Source: Takakia lepidozioides (lineage: Eukaryota; Plantae; Bryophyta). Taken from it: 64,000 bases of DNA. Of this stretch, positions 46,601 to 59,100 are shown in pieces. The notes under the pieces are model-generated. The model ran no database searches. It saw only the letters and a list, made by a program, of their open reading frames with translations, and was not told the DNA's origin. Location: positions 2,852,001-2,916,000 of the forward strand of contig CM060731.1 of NCBI GenBank assembly GCA_030704615.1. Direction: 5' to 3'. Made by a program: the position numbers and the translations under genes. Numbering within the stretch: position 1 is the first letter of the stretch; each line of letters starts with the position of its first letter.

Positions 46601-49600
46601 GTCCTGTTCCTGGGTCCACATATGATATGCACCTGATGTGGTAGCTAGTCCTGCTAGATGTCTATGGCCTGTGTACTTGCTTTTCACTGCTTGTTATGGC
46701 AAGCTTCTTTTGAGATGGCTGATGAGCATTGGCAGACTGTGCTGACCTTCTGCATCTCAAGTGTGTGGGTCATGTCTTTGGAGTATTCACCTACACTCAG
46801 TAACCATTACTCTGGAGTAAAGTTAAACCATTGTCGGTGTAATGACATTGACTTTGAGCTTCTTGACCTCTTCCATTTGCCCCCAGAAGTATGGAACCGG
46901 TTAAATATCTGCTGTTTGGTGTTTTGTCGAAGCAGCTTACCAAAGCTGTATAAAAATCATTGTGTTTGTTACTTCCCTGCCAGAACCTTCCTGGTAAGAG
47001 ACTTCCTGTTAAAATTGGTTTTCATTTAATCATACTCTATATTCATCATCAATTGCTCCTTGATGCCACCCCTCAATACTTCCAGACAGCTGCCATGAGC
47101 TGTTCTTCTGCATTGACCGACTTAATGTTTGACATTTGGCAGGACAATGTGATGTCAAGATAACATGCTAGTGTCTTTTTTTCCAATTTCTCCTGTCTGT
47201 GATATGCCACTGAAGAGGGTTGGATATTGACGTGTGCAGCCTGTAGCGATATTTATTGTTACTCGGCCGGGGTTGTTGCTTTCATACTAAGAAGTTCTTG
47301 ATGAACTTCTATGAACATCTCCAGGCCGTGTTGTCCAATGCAGTCCAAAGAGGAACTCTTTGTTAAATGTGTCTTGCTTTGTCACACCACCAGATACGGC
47401 AGGCTTCAGACACAAGCATTGTTTCTCTGTGGTTGTCTGCCAAAGATTCCAACACTGGTGATACTGCATGGGGAGGGGCTGATGTGAGGTGTTGGTTTGC
47501 TGGTGATGGGCTATGTATACGTACTGTCAATGATACTAGATTTGTTTGGTACATGACAGTATAAAAGCCTATTTCTCTGTTGGAACTCAAATCAAGTTGT
47601 AGCAGATGTTTGGGTGTACTTATGTGACTATGTTGTCACCAACCTTTGTGCAGAGATGGAGCTGCCAGCAGATTCAGATGCAGGTTGTTCTCCTGACCAA
47701 GTTAGTAATGCAAAGAGAAATTCCAATGGTTCAGATCCCAAGGGGTACTCATCATTGTCCATTGCTGATGACATGCTGGAAGGTAGTATAAGAGAAGCAA
47801 GGACCGACACCATTGTGTTTCCAGCTATGCCTTTGAAAGGGGTCAGAACAGAGGCTTACAGCAAAAATACCATGAAAGGGAACTTGACACGTTCCACGGA
47901 CACAGCAGCAAACAGCAGCTCACCGAGTGCAGGAACCTCCAGCACTTCCTCCCCGGACATGCAGGCTGATCTCAGAAGTGCTTCTCAGGCATGTTTCAAA
48001 TCTGTTGGTTGATTTGTACGGCTCTGCTTTCAATATCTGCATTGCACTTGAGTATGGAAACATTGTCTGTGATTAAGCACTGTGCTTCACCCCTTCTTCA
48101 AGTTCCCTGCATATGTAATGCATGGTCACTACCTGCCCAAGGAGGATAGGAGAAGGCAGACTTCTAGCTCAAGTAAAGTATTACAGCGCACCTTCTATGC
48201 TGTATCCTCGTGCCGTGTGCTTCTTATTTGGTGGCTGATAAGGATCACGCTATGGGCATATTTTTTGTGACCATTGGTCAGAGTGAAGTGAAGCTGGTCA
48301 CTTCAACCAAAGTTGGGGAGGAGACACAAATAGAGGAGGCAGTGCTGGGGGAAGGTAGTGACACGAAACCAAGTGTAACAGCTCCTGACAAAGTGGAGGC
48401 TGGGATGCATAATGCTGAGAATGCTTGTGGCCAATTACCTGATTCCCAGGTGTGGCTTGGCGTTCCTGACACCAAGCGTACTCAGACCGATGGTAGAGTC
48501 ACCCATCCTGACTCAAGTTTTTCTTTGTAGTCTTTCACTGAGAGATCCTTGGGACTAGCAGGCCTGTTCTTCTGGTTTGCTTCACACCGTCCGCCCCATT
48601 TCGTTTTCATATGGGGGAGCAACAGACAAATTAAGTATGCATATGCATCTTCATTATATCTCACATGGTGATATTTCTTGCAGTTAGTGCAGTGGGGTTT
48701 GCTAACCTGCCAAATGCATAGTGGCATTCTTGCAGAGGGCATGGAAGTTGGAAACACACCAAGAGATGTGTCAAGTCATGAGACTGGGGATACATTTACA
48801 TTACGGTCTAGACGGAGTGTTATTTCAAGCAGAGGGCCAGCTGTTAGCGCTGGCATTGAGCCTGATCCGTACCGGAAGGTTAGCAGATGCTTATTTACAG
48901 GACGCTTCACCTTATGCTTCAAATGGTCTTTAGGGTCATTGAGGGAGTGGCATGGACCTTTTCTGACTAGCATAAGGTCTTTTTCGGATTTTAGGTTCAT
49001 GGCTTTGTATACTAACTTTTGCCCTTTCGCATTAATAATAAGTTGAATTTTTGTGGATCCCTAGGTGTACAGTTCAGGCTTGCGACGACGTGGGGGTGCA
49101 GGAGAAGGTGTAATGTTGGAGCCACCAGTAGCTGCTGTAGTGGACAACAAGCTACTTCCGAAAAGTGCGCAGGAGGATGAGAAATCTGAGTCTAAACTGG
49201 TGGATTCTGGTCGACATCCCATAGATAAACATAGTCGAGAGCCTGTCAGCGTACAAACAATGAAAGAAATTTTGGGCATCATGCGAAAAGACATTTTGAA
49301 TCTAGAGAAGCAAATTCCATGGAACTGCTTAGTGAAGTCATGGAAGATGCAGCGTTCGAAGTGGCGAAAGGGTGTCAAAGAGAGTAGTACAGTGAAGGTG
49401 GGTGGCTCTTTGCTGATTGACACATTGCTGATTCTGATTGTCAGTACTCCTTTCTATATTATCCAACAGTTTGTCAGGTCATGCGTTAAAGCAAATGATC
49501 TGACTAGGGAATATGCAGCAACATCTTCCGTTTACCTACAGATACATGTACTGACCATGAGTAATGGCACCTGTCACCCCTGTGATTCTGCTTACAGCCG

Positions 49601-50895
49601 TTTTATCTTATCTGTTGAAGCTAACAACCGCAGCCGGTTTGTCAGTTAATGGCCAGACAATGGTGGTGGGAGTGTGTGTGGAGCTAAATTTTCTCTTCAT
49701 TCATAGTGATGAGTATGAGGTCTTCAAACTCGAGAATTATCATAATGACATTGACAGTACAGGTGTTTACCAGATGGTGAAGATCAGGTCTTGAGCATGG
49801 GGGTTGCTATTTCATGCAGGATCTTGGAGCCAATGTTAAAGCATTTCGGAGTAGTCTATTGCTAACCATGGCTGGCGGTATATCAGACGAAGAGTGGGAG
49901 AAGCGCATAATGAAGGCCATGGAGTCAGGAGATGTTGAGTTGCTCGTGTCTCTGTGGGGAAGGTTGTATGATGATGTTTACAAGTGGGTGCAGTCCAAGC
50001 CCAAGCGCACTCAGGGGGGTGATGGAGACACAAACCTAGTGGACACGTTTGCAGAGTTACGCAAGCAATTTCCACAACTGCATGTGGCTGGGTTGTCTCC
50101 TGCAGGCATCACCACGGCTGCCACATTGGCTGCTGCAGATGCTATTGCTGAGCGGCATCTGGATGCCAACGTAAGTCCTCGGGGGTTTGAAAGTTGTTGG
50201 ATCCTTTCATGGTGGGAGCTTCTTATGATTTGATTTAGTGAATGGATTCTTCCTTCTTCCCAATCTTGTCATTATTTCGTCTCAGCAGCAGTGCAAAAAA
50301 TGCACACATAAATTTAAATGAAAGAATGGTAGAGAGTACACCTTGTATCCATGCTGATGGCACACACAAGGGTATCACCTCGATAGTGTGGACACACCAA
50401 CACTTGCAAGTAGGTCTTGCTTATAACAGCCCCACTTCTATTAGTACGTGAAAGCCTTTGCAGAAGATATGGTAAGGATGCTATATATAAAGTGTAATAC
50501 CATTGGTTGTGGTATGACAGGTATTGTTGGCTGTCCCCATGAAACTGCTTCAACAACATAGCCGAGATGACCTTCTTGCAGTTCGGGAGGCTCTAGGGAG
50601 AGAGAAGCGCCATCTTGCAGCCAAGCTTGCTCAGCTAGAAAGAACTGAAAAGGTAAATAGAGAAGAGGAGATGGTGGCTGGATATTTGGAGATGGAACCT
50701 CCATCAAGCAATCTCCAAGTCAGTTCACCATCTGCACCATTAGAGGCAGAGATGGTTACCATTCCTAGTACTCTTGTGGAGATAGTAAAGCCAAGACCAC
50801 AGCAAGGTGATGAAACAGATGATGGTGGAAGTGACACAGCTGATGATATCCATGATGCAGATGGAGAGGCTACAGACATGTCGGATTCTGATTAG
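43690..50895 (+). CDS. PUB62/PUB63-like U-box protein with SH3/KOW-like domain and long C-terminal extension, about 13 exons
   Basis: Spliced U-box LRHVLSDPVT|GTFMDDAMVARCGHSFG...|STCMHCGAAIPVDSLVPNY|ALRAAVQAF (exons 45050-45131, 45422-45479, 45658-45788). Then VQFPFSVSDRVLIK|GNKRTPERFVGREAVITTQCLNGW|YLVRTLDNGESVRLQYRSL. Six further phase-compatible exons lead to the stop at 50895. Confidence 0.85.
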
Positions 50896-52605
50896 GAAAG
50901 ACTTTTTTATTGAGCTCTTTCTGAGAATTGGCCGCTGGCAAACTAAAATGGTTTCAAGTGTAATGGGGCAAACTTTTTTATTACCCACACATTGGAAAGT
51001 GCATCCACACAGGACTGACATGTACAAAATTGCTAGTGTATGTAGTGTGAAGGTATAGTATGTTGAGAATGGCTTTAAGGGCCTTCCCTCCTTTTAGCTA
51101 GATCTGCAATGCGGGGACGTTTCAGCCAGGTTTGAAGGGTTGGTCTAGTTTTAAATTCTTATGTACAAATAATATGGAGTCTTCTCTGGCCTTTTGGGGG
51201 TTGCCTTGATCTTACACCGCAATACAAGCTATCTTTGTTATGACTATTTGAAATCTTTAGCATGCTGGTGATGGAGGACCTTGAATTTGGGCTTCACTCG
51301 CGAAGCATTTACAGAAGATGAAATGGATATTGATAGATTGTGAGCTGGGATTGGTTCTCTTTCAACAGGTATGACTGATGTCAAAGTTTTAGGACCTCCG
51401 ACCGCATGTTCTACGTGGCAGATTTTTGGGATTTCTATTGCATTTGTACAGTCTGATACCTTCACACTTCCCATTGGATTGACAAAAGTACGCAACTTCA
51501 ACTCACTGGGATGACACATGTGGGTGTGCCTCATGCAGTATGCTCCTACATGTTTGAGAGAATGGATCAGTTTGGACCGCCAGAATGCAATGGTGTAGAC
51601 TTTGCAGGTGACTTCAACACTGTACCTCGACACTTGCTAGGCAACTCTCCAATGCTCATTTGAACCGAATCTGCCCCAAAGTATAGACTACAAATCCATG
51701 TGGTGACTTTGGGTCCCTCATTGGCTCATCTTACAGCCCAATCAGGATCCAAAGCTGGACAAGGGAAAACTGTACAACAATCAACACATCCAGAAATGTC
51801 ATTTGTTAAAGACCCAGCTGATGTTATGTAAGTGGAGAGTTCTTACCATAGGCTCATTCAGTTCTGCTTTCATTGCCCTTTTGACTGAAGCTAGAAATAA
51901 AGACTTTCTACATATCCCTACAAATTGGCAGTCATGCCTGCAATTCCCAACTGGTTCAGATGGGTGGGTACAACTCATGTAAAACCATGAAAAGTGACCA
52001 TCATTCTGCCACATAAATTGACATTACTTCCAACTCATTCACATAATGATCTCTAGGATTCACATGAATTAACAAAAATTCTTTCAACATCCTTGCAGTT
52101 CCATATAATAGAAATGCCTACTACCTCACCTACAGGATAAGCTCCAACTATCCAGGACTATGAATGTCTCTTACTACACTAGGATCTTGTAGAGCATACG
52201 TTATACTAATCTAATACCATGAGCAGAAAGAGAATGCTTGTACATCAGCTAAACTCTTGAGGTTGTAGCAGCTCACTACTGGGAAGTACTAAGCACTTCG
52301 ACACTGGTTTGCAATCAGAACTAGGACCAATGCAAATCCATGTCCACTCTTTCTAGCTAGGCATCCGACTGACGTGCGCATCTACCAAAATGTTCACAAA
52401 CATCCTTGTTCTTTCCAAAAATAAAATGGTCAAATGCAGATTGACCTATATCATCTCCAAGAAAAAATACACTGTATTCCCTCCAAATATGAGATGGGGG
52501 AAAGCAATTCATCAATCAGCGTCTCCTCAATTTATGTACACATCCCATTGTGGTTACCAAGGCCTCTGCTGGCTTCACCATATTGCACTGAAAACCCAGC
52601 AGCTG

Positions 52606-55503
52606 TCACACATGCCGTTTCTGTTCTTTCATCAGTCGTGTTATCAGCTCCTCCTGCCCACCACCCCATGACTGATTACAACCAACATTGTCATCTCTCT
52701 CCGCAAGCAATGCAAAACTACCTGTGTAACACTTTCCCTTCACAAATAGGTGCGACTACAAAAAGTATTGCTAGTTGTGCAAGCTGCAGAAAATACCTTA
52801 TTGCCCTTCAAAGGAAGACTCCTCTCCTTCAGCATCGCTTTTAGCTTCTGCACAGTGAAGGTCTGCAAGTCCTTCTCCGAGAGTCGGCTTGACCCACCAT
52901 CTGCCGCCACACCCGCAGATATTAACGTCAATTTGCTCAGGAGACCACAGATACTTGAGAACTCGATCTCTACAAAGCAATAGTGCCGCAACCTCACCTT
53001 TTCTTACTGTCACACTGCCACTTCCAGTATTAACCCTCTTTGATGCTAGTTTGTCTTCATGATGCCGCTCCGCAGGCCTGCCAAATACATATGCCATGCC
53101 TGCTAATCAGAACCCAATCTGATGAGAGTCTACTGTCAGCCTCAAGGACACCCACCTTCACCCGTAGTACTTGTCAATATTTTCATACAGACACACCCCC
53201 CCCACTCCTCATCTGTCATTCTCGTCCAACCAGAGATGAGGATGGTAGTATACTGTTTGGACCAAAATGATATGAAAAAACCAGATGAGCTTGCATGTGG
53301 CCCCCAAGTGCCTGCCTAACATTCGTTCAGTAACAGATGCTATGAATGCTGGGAATGGAGGCTGAACTTGAAGACAGTTTGGTATCAGCAAACCCATGCA
53401 ACAGAATCAGATTGGTACTGTTTCGCCACAGAGGAAAGAAGAGAGGGCAGCAGAAGTCAGTCTGAGCATAAGAGGAATACCGCTTCCCCTTCCCTTCCTC
53501 AGCAGCCACCTTGCCTTTGTTATCTTTTGCTTTCTGGTCCGCCCTTCCTTTCTTCAGGGTGAGATATCGTATGAGGATATTTGTGGCATCTGTTTTGATC
53601 AGCTGTTCCTCTGAAGCCATCAACATTCTGTCAGTCCACATACTTGGTCCCAACCAACTTGTCAAAACTGATGACAAGTTCATCAAGCTAAGGGCATTCA
53701 CATTTGTGCTGGGTAACAGACATGGGAAACTAAGGACAAGACGGTTGGGGATGTTGTTGGCTACAAGTGGTACGGTAAGATGTGTGCCCTCAAGATGGCA
53801 TCTGCAAAGCATGGTCAAAAAGGCATGAGGTTCTTTGTCCTTGATTTGTGTGATAATTGTGAAATCATCAACAAGGAACTTCAGTACAAACACAGTATTT
53901 GACTGAAACTGAAGGGCGGCGTGAGGGCGCTTTCTGGGATGTGTCTACATGCATACAGAGATAGCCCTTAGTGTTGAGACTGGTAAAGCCTTCGAGGAAG
54001 TTAAGCTCAATTGTGCCAAGTTCCTTGCTAGGGTACATGGTCTTGTTAGGCAACTTTAGTGCCCAGGTGGGAAACAGGGCGATGCCATTGGGCTTTTTGG
54101 TGAGGACGAGCAACTGCAAGCGGCTAAAATTGCCAGGAAGAGCTCAGCATTCGAACAATAGGTCAAAAGAAGACCCTTTGCGGTGGACTCATGAAAAAGA
54201 CCAAACTGGGGAACAGTCCATTGTGGATTATATCATAGTGGATAAGGAGTTGTTTCCTCGGTGTGCCAAGGAACCAGTACTGGTACAGACCACTTTCTTG
54301 TCTGGACTGAGATCAAAAGGTGTATTCATAACACTAAGGGATCTGTGAAATGTTCACTTCAAAAGTGGCGCATATAAAACTTCCGGGGGGAAGAGGTCAA
54401 GACCAGTATATTGAGGCCTTGAAAGAGGCTCTCCCACCCTTTATCCAATCGCTCCAAGATCTCCCCTTTTGCTTGGGTGATGCAAGAAGCAAGGTTGAAA
54501 GAGCTGTGGACACTTGGGAGAGTTTTGTCACTTAGGATCACCGAGAGTTTACAGGGACTGCTGTAATATCAAAGATGACAGGGAGCTGTGGTCTAGATAT
54601 TACCAGCTGCGAAAGGATGTGATCATCTAGTAAAAGCTCAGAGGAAAACATATTGGGAAGAGTTGTACATTGACATTAACTTGAAGCCATGAGTGACCTA
54701 ACCTGGTGGAGAGGTGTCATGGTCGCATACGTAGACACGCAATCCACCCTGCCAAACCAGTTCCCAGTCAATTGCATAGAGTGTACCAGTGCTTCATAGT
54801 AACAATCTGCCTGGAAGCAAAAAATCATCAGAACCACCGTCCTTATCAGTAGGTCAGGGATATAGAGCATGTCTGCCTATACTCCCAAGTAATCAGACAG
54901 CTCAAAATCAATTGGCTCCCAATATCTCCCACTGCCACAGAAGGTTGGAGAACACATCATTGACTTCATCATGATGTTATGCATATTAGGTCAAGATACA
55001 ACAATAGTGCAGACTAGGATTTTTTACTACATAGAGCTGATTAGGGTACCCAATTCCTGAACTGAATGTACTCAGCAGCTTAGAAAAATATAATTTGACC
55101 AACACGGCACAGCGACATGCCTGAAACAGAATACGAGCAGCCCAAATTCTGAAGCTGCAACTGGGAATCTTTACATTGTAATTGATCTAAGCGACCTCCA
55201 AATAAGTGCATTTTGTGACAAGAACAATGATGATGATGATGCCGAAGATGATGCCGGCCGTACTGATCCAGATACAAGGAAAATGAATTCAGGACCACAC
55301 AGATCTCGGTGGCGGTACAATCTGAAACCCATGACGCATGCAGCAACACGGCCACCTATCCCGAAATGTTGGACCCAAATGATACCGGAGGCAAGGACTA
55401 CAAAGGGCAGGGAAGAAGGGCTTACAGGAGTGGAGGAGGACACACAGGTCGAGAAGTAACCCCGCGACGGTAGATGCTGCAAATACTGCCCTGCTCCCTC
55501 CAT
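52606..55503 (-). CDS. DDA1-domain plus C-terminal SAP-domain protein (LOWER TEMPERATURE 1-like), 6 exons
   Basis: Reads [16 protein letters not shown]|[15 protein letters not shown]|[17 protein letters not shown] (DDA1-like) ... [24 protein letters not shown]|EELITRL (SAP). Exons 55503-55426, 54748-54703, 53610-53480, 53077-52998, ~52900-52797, 52653-52606. Confidence 0.88.
53667..54681 (+). mobile_element. Degenerate internal (APE-region) fragment of the PTOX-intron LINE family
   Basis: Broken peptides [60 protein letters not shown] and [19 protein letters not shown]...[12 protein letters not shown] align with 38085-39240. Confidence 0.9.
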
Positions 55504-56199
55504 TGAATCAATCAATCCTTTCCCTCCTGACCTCTCCTTCTCTTCACCCACCTATATACTGAAATCTTGCTCACAAGAACTCTTCACGAGGTTACTCCCA
55601 ACCCAACTGCAACCATCGTCCCCACCATCACCATCATTAACCATGGTCAATTCCTCCGATGGGTGTTTGGATTTCCCGCCAGCAGCCGCCGCCACCCAAA
55701 TGTAACCATGGTTTAGTAAATCACCTTCTTCTTAGGTCTAACGTGTGATCTGCGCACAAGAAGCTTCTTCGTCGTCTGTTTCCTAGATGTATCAATCATG
55801 TGTTTGCCCAGAACGATCAATCTGCAAATTTTCTGTCACTCACTGGGACCCAACACTCAACGTCAATTTTGTCAGTTAATAATTTGTAATGCAGAATCTG
55901 GCTCTCTTCAACAGCATGTGAGTGTGTTTGATTATCTGGGTCCATTGTAGGGCTGTCACGGAGGGACACTTGTTGATGCGGAGACAAATCTTGATGCTGC
56001 TGTACCATGCATAGAGGTCTCTTAATTAGCTGCGGATTCTAGATCTTTGTACAAGCGCTCAAATTCGAATGGATTTCAACCAGATTTGAGGTTCTCGACT
56101 CTCTGATGAAGTGCTCGAGTAAATTTGACAGGAAACCATAATTGGCGGTTAAGGTTTTGGCGCTTGAATTTCAGCCCTGATTTTTTAGGGGATTGAGCT

Positions 56200-59100
56200 A
56201 TGGCAATGGCGGCTAGGGCGCCACCTTTGCTGCAGCAGTCAGCAGGGCGAGATGGGTTGGGAGGACGCGAGGATAGGAATGCCTGCACCATGTTGGAATA
56301 TCAGGCCCCCCAAAGCCTCGCTCTGCATTCAGCTTCTTGGGCTGATAGAGTTGGTTTAGTTCAAGAATATAGGCAGCTGTTCAGAAACTTGTATAAGAGT
56401 AGCAGCAGGAGGCCGATTAGCGTGAAGAAAACCCATGTACTCGTTGCATGCAATAGCTCCGCAGATAATCTGCAGTCACGTGTTGTTTCCGGGGACGGCC
56501 CTAGCAGTGCAGCAGCTGAGCGCATCTCCTCCGTGCGTGGAGTACCTCTGGAGTTATCCGCCAAAGGAGAAGATGCAGTCTTTGGTGTGGAGGGGTCTGT
56601 AGATGGAGGAGGTGGGTCTGGTAAGTTCGGAGGCGACGATGGGGGATCCCAAGGGGGGAATCATGAAGGTCACGGAGGCGAAGGGGACAGTGACGGTGAG
56701 GATGATGAGGATGAGGGATTCGGCGTGTTGCTGGATGCGGAGCAGGTTCATAACGAGGTGCGAGCTAGAGGAGTCAGTCTTCCAGCGGACATGGCCGAGG
56801 CCGCCAGCACTGTGGGCATTCGCAAGCTGCTACTCTCTCGCTACTTGGACTTGCAGGTGCCTTTTTTTATCTGTGGTCTGATCAATTTCCAATGACACAG
56901 AGATGTACTTCGGTGTTGAATCTGTGTGAGTGACATGGTGGCGGAGGAGTGAGTGATAAAGAGGCCGAAACTTCTTATTCACATAAGATGGGTGATGGTT
57001 CAGCTGGGTGATAGTTGGTGAATGGTGAGAGCGGGTGGCTTGCAGGGAAAGTTCCACGGCCACTGAATTCACTGGCGTTGATCTTAAAGCCTAAAGCCCT
57101 TCCTCAGATTTTGAATGGCGCTCATGTTATCTGGCAAGCCATTGGTGGAGCATGAGTCTAATGTTGAATGTGTGTCTTGTACTCATGCAGGAGGCAGCAT
57201 GGCCTCTAGGGCCAGCAATAAAGAGCAATGCTATGCTGCGGAATAGGATGGTCGCAGATCCAAGCTTCCTGTTCAAAGTTTTCACAGAAGTATGTGGTGA
57301 ACTCTCTTTCCTCAGAGCCATTTGTGTCATACACTGATATCCTTCCTCTTAAGATCAAGGTTGAAAGGTAGAGTCTCACCTGGCTCGTGGCTTTTTTGCA
57401 GATAGCCATTGATTCTGGGTGTGCAACATTTGCAGAGGTCCAGAAGAGGGGCAAGGATTTCTGGAATGAGTTTGAGCTCTACATGTCTGATCTGCTAGTG
57501 GGCATGGTATTGGATGTGGCACTTGTGGGCATGCTGGCCCCCTTTGTGCGCTTTGGCAATACCACTGCTGCAGGTTCTGGCACCAGGGCTCGGCTCTCTC
57601 GAGCCATCCAAGCTCTGCCAAGCAGGTATGATGTTACCTCTCTCAGATCAAGTTATTTGCCTGCGAGGACATAGGCCTTGTTCAATGTAAGCAACTTGTG
57701 ACAGCACCACCTTAGACGGATATTGGCATCTTTTTGCTCCACAGACTCTTATTCAGTGATTTTTGCTTTGGATTAGTACTGATTGACTTTTTGCTTATTT
57801 TGGAGCATGAATGTGAGGAGTTGTTGCTCTTCAGCTCTAAAGTATACTATCACCTGGAGGTAAATGCTCTCCTGTGGGGAGTAAATACCCACTCTGGCTT
57901 GTTAGAGCCTGTTCCTCATAGGTTATCTTGCTTTCTACTGCATTACCTTGCGGTAGTCTGGATCATTCATTGTATTATGTGAGGTTGTGCAGCATTTTTG
58001 AAGCAGCACGGCCAGGATGTTCTTTTACTTTGCAGCAACGAATTGGCACATTTTTTTACAAGGTGTGTGATAGATTTCTAATTTCATGTTTTCAAAAGTA
58101 AGATATCAGTACTTGACCTCCTTACATTTGATGTTTGTGTGGACTTATGTCAATTGGTATGTGAGGAAATTTCGCAGTTGGCAGAAAAAGTGACGTGGTT
58201 CAAGTTTGGTGGGGAGCTTAATTGCACCTGTGGGAATGTTTCCACATTTTTTGTCTGAGAATTGTCTCATAATGAGGCCTCCAAGGTTCTGATGCTGGAA
58301 GGTGTGGAATTTTTTTGATGTTCCAATCTCTTCGAAATGAGCAGGCTGGTCAATATGGAGCTGCTGGCTTTGCCTGTGGCATTGTTGGCCAAGGAATTGC
58401 CAGCTCTATCATGACCCTTAAACGGTATGTTTCTACTTTTTCTGTCAGTCTTACTGTGGATGTCTATTTAAATCAGATGAGCACACTGAAAGCCAAGTGT
58501 GTTCTGGTTGCACACTGTTGGAGTGGCACGTTTTGTTCGTTTGTATGTGTACTGTTTTATTCTGTAAAGCTCCTTGTCCCCTCCCATCTGTGTGTCACTT
58601 GCACCATGCACTGTGGACCCCTTTGTGACTATTGTTTTTGCATTAATATACCAAATCTCAAGATAAGTATGTGAGGTCATATAAGAATGCTCAGAGGTGG
58701 TTGCTGTTTGCAGGAAATTGAAGAAGTCAGGGGAAGGAGAGGTCCCCGTCCCTCCAATTTTGCAAAGCGCTGCACTCTGGGGTACATTAGGGTTGATAGA
58801 TGTGATATTGATGTCTCTTGTTCTGCATCATGTATGTTTAAATGTGTTATGCAGGTAGTAGAGAGCTCGACAGTACTCTCTCTTTGCAACCAGGCAGTTG
58901 CATGCGGACAATTGCCTCTGTGAGCGCCTTATTGACAGTTGCAGGAAAACAAGTTAGTAAACAAGTTAACACCTGCAGCTGAGCTGCAAGGATATGCTAA
59001 ACCTGGTGGGTGTGAACCACAGAGAAGGCTCCGGGAGGGCTAGTTTCCTACGCGGTCAATGTAAGGCTATGGCAAGCTAACATTAGCAGGGAACAGTTTG

